A stretch of 54,909 nt of DNA from the NCBI GenBank assembly GCA_036280475.1, contig DASUQP010000106.1:1-54909 (forward strand), read 5' to 3'. A model generated the notes under the pieces. It worked only from the letters and a program-made list of their open reading frames with translations. It was not told where the DNA came from and did not search any database. Made by a program: the position numbers and the translations under genes. The DNA comes from Methyloceanibacter sp. (GTDB taxonomy: Bacteria > Pseudomonadota > Alphaproteobacteria > Rhizobiales > Methyloligellaceae). This document shows positions 48,677 through 54,909 of the stretch, piece by piece; within the stretch, counting starts at the first letter, position 1; the number at the start of each line of letters is the position of its first letter.

Positions 48677-50380
48677 ATGCTTTTTATCGCCCTTGCGGTT
48701 GACTATGACGGTACGCTCGCCCACGACGGACGGGTGGACGACGCCGCGATGGCGGCCCTGGAAAAAGTCAAGAAATCCGGACGCAAGCTCATCCTCGTCA
48801 CGGGCAGAGAGATCGCCGACCTGCAACGCGTCTTCAGCGGGATCGAGATTTTCGATCTCGTCGTCGCCGAGAATGGCGCGCTTCTCTTCGACCCGGCGCA
48901 AAAGAAAGAGGAGCCGCTCTCGCCTCCGCCGTCTGATCGTTTCGTGGCGCTGTTGCGAAGCCGGAAAGTCGCGCCGCTCTCCGTCGGGCGTTCGATCGTG
49001 GCGACCTGGGAACCGAATGAAACGATCGTGCTCGAAGCGATCCGCGACCTCGGCCTCGAGCTGCATATCATCTTCAACAAGGGCGCGGTCATGGTTCTTC
49101 CGGCGGATATCAACAAGGCGTCCGGCCTCAAAGAGGCACTCAAGCGGCTCTCGTTGTCTCGCTATAATGTCGTCGGCATCGGCGATGCCGAGAACGACCA
49201 GGCGTTCTTGAGCGCTTGCGGCTGCGCGGTCGCGGTGGCGAACGCCTTGCCATCGGTAAAGGAAAAGGCGGACTTCGTTGTCGCCGACCACGGCGCCGGG
49301 GTGGCCGAACTCGCCGAAATCCTGACTGGGACGGATCTCGCCGGCCACAATACCGGCCTCGGCAAGATTCAGCCTGTCATCGGCGAGGATGCGGGCGGGA
49401 AGCTGCGCCAACTCAAGCCATTGGATACGGTTCTCGTCACGGGATCCTCGGGCGGCGGGAAGTCGACCGTCGTCACGGCGCTGATGGAGCAGATGATCGA
49501 CGCCAACCTTCAGTTCTGCGTGGTTGATCCTGAAGGCGACTATGCGGAGTTCCCGGCCGTGGCGGTGGGTGATGCGAAACACGAGCCTCGCATCCCCGAG
49601 GTCATGGACCTCCTGGCCAAGCCGGATACGAGCGTGGTGGTCAATCTTCTCGCCATCGATCCCGGAGAGAGGCCTCGCTACCTTGCCGGCTTGTTGCCGG
49701 AGCTGTCGAAACTTCGCATCGAAACCGGCCGCCCGCATTGGATCGTGCTTGACGAGGTGCATCATTGCCTGCCGGCCAACTGGGACCCGGCGCCGGTGTC
49801 GCTGCCGCAAGAGCTCCCGGCCGCGATCGCTGTCACCGTCCATCCGGAAGAGGTTGCAGCCGAGTTCCTCAAGATGGTGACGACGGTGGTGGGCGTCGGC
49901 GAGCAGGCGAAGAAGATGATCGAGACTTTCTGCGGCGCGCGCGGCGAAGCTTGCGGCACCTTCCCGGAACGGCCGGATGCAAAGCACGGCCTTGTGTGGA
50001 CGGCGACCGGCGGGGTGCAGGCCGTCGCCCTAAGGCGGCCGAAGGTACGTCAGAAACGGCATATTCGCAAATACGCGCAAGGCGAGCTTGGCGAGGACAG
50101 AAGCTTCTACTTTCGCGGCCCGCAAGGCGCGCTGAACCTGCGCGCCCAGAACTTGGCCATTTTTCTCCAGCTGGCTGAAGGGGTTGACGACCAAACCTGG
50201 ATGCACCATTTGCGCGCCGGCGAATATTCGCAATGGTTCGACCAAGCCATCAAGGATGAGGAGTTGGCGGCCGAAGCTCGTATCGTGGAGCAGGATGAAA
50301 CGCTTTCGGTCACGGAAACGCGCACGCAGATCAAGAAGTTGGTCGAGAACAAATATACGGCGCCGGCCAAGAGCTCGTAG
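48677..50380 (+). CDS. HAD-IIB phosphatase fused to a P-loop NTPase
   Basis: DYDGTL, VTGR, KASG, GDAEND; GSSGGGKST, VVDPEGDY, IVLDEVH. Confidence 0.9.
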   Translation: MLFIALAVDYDGTLAHDGRVDDAAMAALEKVKKSGRKLILVTGREIADLQRVFSGIEIFDLVVAENGALLFDPAQKKEEPLSPPPSDRFVALLRSRKVAPLSVGRSIVATWEPNETIVLEAIRDLGLELHIIFNKGAVMVLPADINKASGLKEALKRLSLSRYNVVGIGDAENDQAFLSACGCAVAVANALPSVKEKADFVVADHGAGVAELAEILTGTDLAGHNTGLGKIQPVIGEDAGGKLRQLKPLDTVLVTGSSGGGKSTVVTALMEQMIDANLQFCVVDPEGDYAEFPAVAVGDAKHEPRIPEVMDLLAKPDTSVVVNLLAIDPGERPRYLAGLLPELSKLRIETGRPHWIVLDEVHHCLPANWDPAPVSLPQELPAAIAVTVHPEEVAAEFLKMVTTVVGVGEQAKKMIETFCGARGEACGTFPERPDAKHGLVWTATGGVQAVALRRPKVRQKRHIRKYAQGELGEDRSFYFRGPQGALNLRAQNLAIFLQLAEGVDDQTWMHHLRAGEYSQWFDQAIKDEELAAEARIVEQDETLSVTETRTQIKKLVENKYTAPAKSS

Positions 50381-50456
50381 TTCGACGTTGAAGCGTTATT
50401 TTGTGGCCGGTGATCGCGCGAAACGAACGCCCGTGTGTAGGAATTTGATATCGGGT

Positions 50457-50481
50457 GGAACAGAGTGGTTCTTCTGGCGTT
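50457..50481 (+). promoter_or_regulatory. EcfG-type promoter
   Basis: GGAAC-N16-CGTT. Confidence 0.85.
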
Positions 50482-50518
50482 ATAGATGTACGGAGTGGGC
50501 TTTGAAGGGAAAATTGCC

Positions 50519-50740
50519 ATGATTAAGACAATAGGCGGTGTCCCGGTGAAGACGCGCGTACCATTAGTTGGATGGGCTTTCGCGGGACTTCTAACGGTCC
50601 TCTCGATGACATCTTCGCTTGTGCAGAATATTTCGCGTCCGGCGGACGTTTCAGCTTCGGCGTTTGGGCCCTTGACAACGTCGGAGCGAGTTGCGGCGCC
50701 AACCCGTCACGCGAGTGCAAGCGCGAGCTGGTGGTATTGA
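50519..50740 (+). CDS. Small membrane/exported protein
   Basis: AAGGGA RBS, hydrophobic segment, own promoter. Confidence 0.6.
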   Translation: MIKTIGGVPVKTRVPLVGWAFAGLLTVLSMTSSLVQNISRPADVSASAFGPLTTSERVAAPTRHASASASWWY

Positions 50741-50830
50741 GAAAAACCATCGTTGACGCCGCCGGCAGCGTCTCGCGCCCGATGGGTTTCCTGCCGAACT
50801 CAGCGTCAAGTTCGAAGCATCTTCCAAGCG

Positions 50831-51877
50831 TCATTTTCGATCGTTGCGGAAGCTCGTGCTTGTCTCAAGAAAGCGCATGAGCGCGCTTTCCATCCTGTTG
50901 AGGCCGGCGCGCACGCGGCCGCGGAACAAAGATGCTCCTAGCTTGCCGCTCTCATAGGCCTTGATCACCACGGGATGGATGTAGCTCGACCGCGCAACGC
51001 TGCGCGTGTTGACCAATATCTCGCTCGCTCTATCGGCCGCCTGCACGATCGTCTGCTTTTTCAGCCTCTCCGTTTCGTGACCGTTACGTTCGGTCAGGAA
51101 CGCCAGCGCTTCGGCGGACGCCCGGAAGGTGCGGAAATCCTTGGCCGTTACGTCGGTGCCGCTTGCTTCGGCGAGAAATGCGTTGACCTCACGCGCCGTG
51201 ACCGGCCGCACCCGTCCATTGTCGTCAACTGCGCTGAAGAGCCGCCGCCCCTTGCCTGCCAGCAGGCGCCTCGTGACACGGGCGAGCAACCTGTCCTTGA
51301 CTTCTCTCCTGACCGGCTTGCCGGCCTTGCCCTTGAATTCCACCACGACTTTGTCGCCTGTGACAGCCACGTCGCTCTTGAGCAGGGTTGAGGCGCCACG
51401 CGAGCCCGTTGCCTGCGCGTATTCGTCATGGCCCGGCCGCAGCAGCGCACGATCGATCAGCCTCACGACGGCCGCGATAACGTTGTTTCGGGTCAACTCC
51501 GGCGCTGACAAGGCCTTACGTACCGTGTCGCGCAGACGCGGGAGCGCCGAACCGAGTCGCCGCAATCGATGCAGTTTGGTTTCAGCGCGAGCGTTCTCCC
51601 AATCCGCGTGGTAGCGATACTGCAAGCGCCCTTCCACGTCGCGGCCCACGGCCTGAATGTGAGCGCGATCATCCTCGGCGATGCAGACTTCGGTCCAAGC
51701 CGGCGGAATCGCGAGCTGCCTGATGCGCGCTTTTAGCGATTTGTCGCGCACGGTACGGCCTTCGCCGTCGATGTAACCGAAGCCTCTGCCACAGCGGCGG
51801 CGCCGCAAACGAAGATCTGCCGTCTCGACGTAGGTCAGGCCATAACGGCTGCAAAGAGTTTTGACTTCGCGTGGCAT
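50831..51877 (-). CDS. Bacterial DNA topoisomerase IB
   Basis: IPPAWTEVCI, GRLQYRYH, FKGK, TAKDFRT, NTRSVARSSYIHP (catalytic Tyr). Confidence 0.93.
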   Translation of the reverse strand: MPREVKTLCSRYGLTYVETADLRLRRRRCGRGFGYIDGEGRTVRDKSLKARIRQLAIPPAWTEVCIAEDDRAHIQAVGRDVEGRLQYRYHADWENARAETKLHRLRRLGSALPRLRDTVRKALSAPELTRNNVIAAVVRLIDRALLRPGHDEYAQATGSRGASTLLKSDVAVTGDKVVVEFKGKAGKPVRREVKDRLLARVTRRLLAGKGRRLFSAVDDNGRVRPVTAREVNAFLAEASGTDVTAKDFRTFRASAEALAFLTERNGHETERLKKQTIVQAADRASEILVNTRSVARSSYIHPVVIKAYESGKLGASLFRGRVRAGLNRMESALMRFLETSTSFRNDRK

Positions 51878-51989
51878 GATCAGGCGAAACCCGCCAAGCT
51901 ACCGGTAAGTTTCAGAAACTGGGAATTTAATCTGCCGTCGCAAGCCCTCGCTTAAGGGTTGCCGGAAGCATCTCCATCCCGCGGCTGCG

Positions 51990-52691
51990 TCAGAATCGCC
52001 GGAAGACGAACCGTAAGCGTTTGCGCCATCGCTTTTTTGAATACTTCTTCTTCGACTTTTTTGCCGTGGCGGAACGCTCCTGCTGCTCCAGCGCCCCGGT
52101 TTCGTCATCGTCCGCTAGCGCGGCCTGGTCCTCACCATATCCGGGAACGCTCGGTTCTTCTGTGGCGGCGATGTGCTCTTCATAGATCCATCCCTCGCGC
52201 GAGGTCGCGGGATCGCGAATTCTGACCCAGCCAAGGTTTCGCTCGAGAAGCCGCATTTCCGCACCGGCCGTGGCGTAGCCGAGCCTGGATGACGACACCG
52301 ACGGACCGCTATGCACCGGCGCCCCGCGCAGGAGGCGACCCCAGGCAGGAGTCGCTTGTTGTTCGGTGCCTAACGAGGATGGAGCTTGAGTCGAGGCTGT
52401 CCCATTCGGCGCGGAGTCTTGCAGGTCTTGCTGGCTTTCGGGGGCGTATCCTTGACCGGCATCGCCTGCGCCTTCCTCGACAACGGATAGACCACCGGTC
52501 TCAGTGGATGGACCGGCCGGGTCTATCGCGTGCAGGTTCGATTGAGGCCGCGAACTTCGCTGCGCCTGCTCGGGTCCGTTCAATGGCGAGTTTTTGGCCG
52601 GTGCCGGGGCTTCGACGGGGGATGGGGTGAAGGCCCCCGCGACATAGAGAAGAGCGCCACAAAACGCCAAAAATAGAACGACCCACTTCAT
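51990..52691 (-). CDS. Exported protein with bacterial SH3-like domain and basic tail
   Basis: N-terminal hydrophobic helix; VHSGPSVSS...GWVRIRDP...EGWIY. Confidence 0.8.
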   Translation of the reverse strand: MKWVVLFLAFCGALLYVAGAFTPSPVEAPAPAKNSPLNGPEQAQRSSRPQSNLHAIDPAGPSTETGGLSVVEEGAGDAGQGYAPESQQDLQDSAPNGTASTQAPSSLGTEQQATPAWGRLLRGAPVHSGPSVSSSRLGYATAGAEMRLLERNLGWVRIRDPATSREGWIYEEHIAATEEPSVPGYGEDQAALADDDETGALEQQERSATAKKSKKKYSKKRWRKRLRFVFRRF

Positions 52692-52700
52692 GGTCAGCAC

Positions 52701-52725
52701 AACGCCCGCCTAGCACCCCCGTTCC
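52701..52725 (-). promoter_or_regulatory. EcfG-type promoter
   Basis: GGAAC-N16-CGTT, 9 nt before ATG 52691. Confidence 0.8.
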
Positions 52726-52848
52726 CAAGCCGCGGGCGTTCAGCGACGGATGCAACCCGTCCCCATGAAGGAATCCCGGCATGGCAGCCCTTCTTGCCCC
52801 TACCGTCATCGCTGCGCCCCGGGCCGAAGTCCCCGGGCGGCCCGCCAA

Positions 52849-53097
52849 CTATTGCTGGCCAGTGGCCGGCGCTGGCGCCGCAGGCGGGCTCGCCTTCTCG
52901 CCCTCAGGCGCGGTCGCTTCGTGAACCTCCTGGCGTACCTCTTCGCCGACCTTCTCGAACGAGGCGCCAAGTGACGCGCCGACATAGTCCCAATTGACGA
53001 TGTCCCGCTTGTCGGAGTCGGGACCGACATGGTCGACAAGAAAGACGACGAGTATGGTGAGGGCGATTCCCGTGAGCACGCCTGAAAAATAAGGCAT
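52849..53097 (-). CDS. Small single-TM protein
   Basis: GGAGG RBS; MPYFSGVLTGIALTILVVFLVD...IVNWD. Confidence 0.8.
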   Translation of the reverse strand: MPYFSGVLTGIALTILVVFLVDHVGPDSDKRDIVNWDYVGASLGASFEKVGEEVRQEVHEATAPEGEKASPPAAPAPATGQQ

Positions 53098-53127
53098 GTT
53101 GGACCTCCACAATTCCCGCCTCAGCAA

Positions 53128-53152
53128 AACGCCTTGCGACGCGCATAGTTCC
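53128..53152 (-). promoter_or_regulatory. EcfG-type promoter
   Basis: GGAAC-N16-CGTT. Confidence 0.85.
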
Positions 53153-53238
53153 GGGACGACGCGTCGACGGCAGGGCGACAATCCGTCGATCGCCTTAGGA
53201 GAGCGCTTCGCGTTTGCAGCGCAAGGGCACGCGACGGA

Positions 53239-53430
53239 TCAGCTCGCCTTCTTTTTCGGAACCTTCTTGCCCTTCTTGCGCGCTTCGGAAAGCCCGATGG
53301 CAATGGCTTGCTTGCGACTCTTGACCGTGCCGCCTTTGCCGCCCTTACCGCTCTTCAACTTCCCACGCTTAAATTTGCGCATTTCGCGCTCAACGTCCTT
53401 AGAAGCGCTGCGTGAATACTTCCTCGCCAT
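53239..53430 (-). CDS. DUF6496-like small basic protein
   Basis: VEREMRKFKRGKLKSG...VKSRKQAIAIGLSEARKKG; GGAGG RBS. Confidence 0.88.
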   Translation of the reverse strand: MARKYSRSASKDVEREMRKFKRGKLKSGKGGKGGTVKSRKQAIAIGLSEARKKGKKVPKKKAS

Positions 53431-53465
53431 GCCGATCCTCCACGCACGTGCGAACGCGTTACGAC

Positions 53466-53636
53466 TTACGGGGCAGATCCCCTGACGAAATGCGTCACCA
53501 GCGAGATCAACAGGAGCACAAGGAACACGAAGAACAAGATCTTGGCGATTCCGGCCGATGCTCCCGCGATGCCGCCAAATCCCAAGGCACCCGCCACGAG
53601 TGCAATGATCAAGAAAACCAAGGCCCAATACAACAT
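53466..53636 (-). CDS. DUF1328 (UPF0391) small membrane protein (not in ORF track)
   Basis: [47 protein letters not shown]; GGAGG RBS. Confidence 0.93.
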   Translation of the reverse strand: MLYWALVFLIIALVAGALGFGGIAGASAGIAKILFFVFLVLLLISLVTHFVRGSAP

Positions 53637-53692
53637 GGTCAACCTCCACTTCCAGTCGAGCGGAGTTCAGTCCGCCAAAAGCTGACCGTTAA

Positions 53693-53717
53693 AACACATG
53701 CAACCCGCCCAAGTTCC
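53693..53717 (-). promoter_or_regulatory. EcfG-type promoter (near consensus)
   Basis: GGAAC-N16-TGTT. Confidence 0.7.
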
Positions 53718-53888
53718 GAAGCCCTACCGCATTTTCCGTGAAGCGGTTCACGCGGCTTAACCCTGCCGGGTTTTCACGGCCAGTTGCGAGGGTCGCATGC
53801 CTTCAAGCCGGCCGGCCTGGCCACCGACATCGACGGGCACGACAGAGACGGGCCGGTTCGCGTGCGCGGCATTTGACCGTTGGGCGCT

Positions 53889-53913
53889 GGAACTGTGCGG
53901 TCACGGCTTCGTT
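53889..53913 (+). promoter_or_regulatory. EcfG-type promoter
   Basis: GGAAC-N16-CGTT. Confidence 0.85.
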
Positions 53914-53936
53914 CCCCTCATATAAAGGAGAACGCC

Positions 53937-54002
53937 ATGGCTTCCATGCAGGACTGCGGGCAAATATGCATCAAGGCGGCCCGACGGTTCACGCCTTCGT
54001 AA
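53937..54002 (+). CDS. 21-aa micro-ORF with CxxxC (peptide or gene remnant)
   Basis: AAAGGAGA RBS; MASMQDCGQICIKAARRFTPS. Confidence 0.5.
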   Translation: MASMQDCGQICIKAARRFTPS

Positions 54003-54011
54003 AGCCCTGCC

Positions 54012-54506
54012 ATGAACAAGCAATCGCATTTGGATCGGGTTTGGGAGGTTGTTGGCAAGGTCGGCGTGTGCATGATGACCACGCACTTTGCGGACGGCTT
54101 GCGCGCGCGACCCCTCGAAGCGAGAGCGGACCGAGACGAAAACGTCATTTGGTTTTTGAGCGATCGCCGGGGAGCCAAAGACGACGAGATCGAAGCCTAT
54201 CCTTCGATCTGCCTGACCTTCATCGATCCAAAGGAAAAGGTTTACCTGTCGATTTCCGGGACGGCATCGGCTGCGCGCGATCCAGAGCGTGCGAAGAATC
54301 TCTGGAACAAAGAACAGCAAGCGTGGTGGCCAAAAGGCCCGAGTGACCCCAATGTTCTGGTCATCGCGTTCAGGCCGCAAAGAGCCGAGATTTGGGACGG
54401 GCCGGCGAGTTCAGCCGTCGCGTCATATGAATTTGCGAAAGCGCGCGCGACAGGCACAAAGCCGAATCTCGGCGAGAACCGCAAAAGCACGGTGAAAATG
54501 GACTGA
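54012..54506 (+). CDS. Pyridoxamine 5'-phosphate oxidase-like general stress protein, second copy
   Basis: CMMTT, RARPL, YLSISG, AWWPKGPSDP, AEIWD. Confidence 0.9.
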   Translation: MNKQSHLDRVWEVVGKVGVCMMTTHFADGLRARPLEARADRDENVIWFLSDRRGAKDDEIEAYPSICLTFIDPKEKVYLSISGTASAARDPERAKNLWNKEQQAWWPKGPSDPNVLVIAFRPQRAEIWDGPASSAVASYEFAKARATGTKPNLGENRKSTVKMD

Positions 54507-54562
54507 GAGCTTCGACATTCGCCGCATGGTGAGGCACGCGGCGACGATCGGGGCGCCTGCGA

Positions 54563-54715
54563 TTAGCGAGGCTCGACGTTCGGGTCCGCTCCCGGGGTGC
54601 CCGGCGGAGGAATGACTTCCTCGTCATGACCGGCCTCGGGGTTTGGGACGTCGTCCGTATAGATTTCCTCATCGCCTATCGGGGGAGGCGTGATGACGCC
54701 GTTGCGCTCTATCAC
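54563..54715 (-). pseudogene. Probable C-terminal remnant of a Pro-rich protein
   Basis: ERNGVITPPPIGDEEIY...VIPPPGTPGADPNVEPR-stop; in-frame TGA at 54734-54736, no RBS or signal peptide. Confidence 0.45.
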
Positions 54716-54909
54716 GGCGGAGCCGCGTGGCGTTCATCGCACGTTCGTTAATGCCGATGCAATCTCGCGCATGATGCTCGGACGCCAGGGTGCGGTGCGC
54801 TTGTCGCCAGATGAGACGTGACCTTCGGGCTTGGAATCACCGAGGCGTCGAGGATGCGCTCGCGGTGCTATTGGCCGCCGGCGCTGTTCCCGTTTGGGCG
54901 GTCGCCTCT

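Noticed and set aside
50831-51877. Tyrosine integrase marking a mobile element
   Set aside because: Motifs match topoisomerase IB; no att sites, tRNA or transposase seen

Overview
This is a GC-rich alphaproteobacterial (probably Hyphomicrobiales, inferred) accessory island that looks almost entirely devoted to the general stress response. By manual reading I count 17 exact GGAAC-N16-CGTT sites and about 14 near-consensus sites, the EcfG/SigT/RpoE2-type promoter, nearly all intergenic and facing a gene. ecfG, nepR and phyR themselves are not in the window. Cargo: CsbD, two DUF3309, DUF1328, DUF883, DUF3008, DUF892 (YciF-like), PRC-barrel and DUF4142 proteins, glk-GH15-otsA, GT4 plus debranching enzyme, an SDR, two AI-2E transporters, YihY, MgtC, an SLC13-type permease, two FMN-binding split-barrel proteins, topoisomerase IB, a HAD/P-loop fusion, HWE/HisKA_2 kinases and a 2104-aa poly-HAMP hybrid kinase. 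The best candidates for undescribed systems are: (1) a 77-aa protein ending in LRGG with a beta-grasp-like pattern, translationally coupled to a Cys-containing partner (20214-20815); (2) an NPPY methyltransferase, heme-oxygenase-like diiron enzyme and PurD-like ATP-grasp ligase trio at the end of the kinase operon (36272-39461); (3) candidate sRNAs with C-rich anti-Shine-Dalgarno loops, one carrying five tandem 13-14 nt hairpin units (27970-28114). Several microproteins missing from the ORF track and several decayed genes were also found. Family names come from motif recognition, not database searches. No rRNA, tRNA, CRISPR array or transposase was seen.
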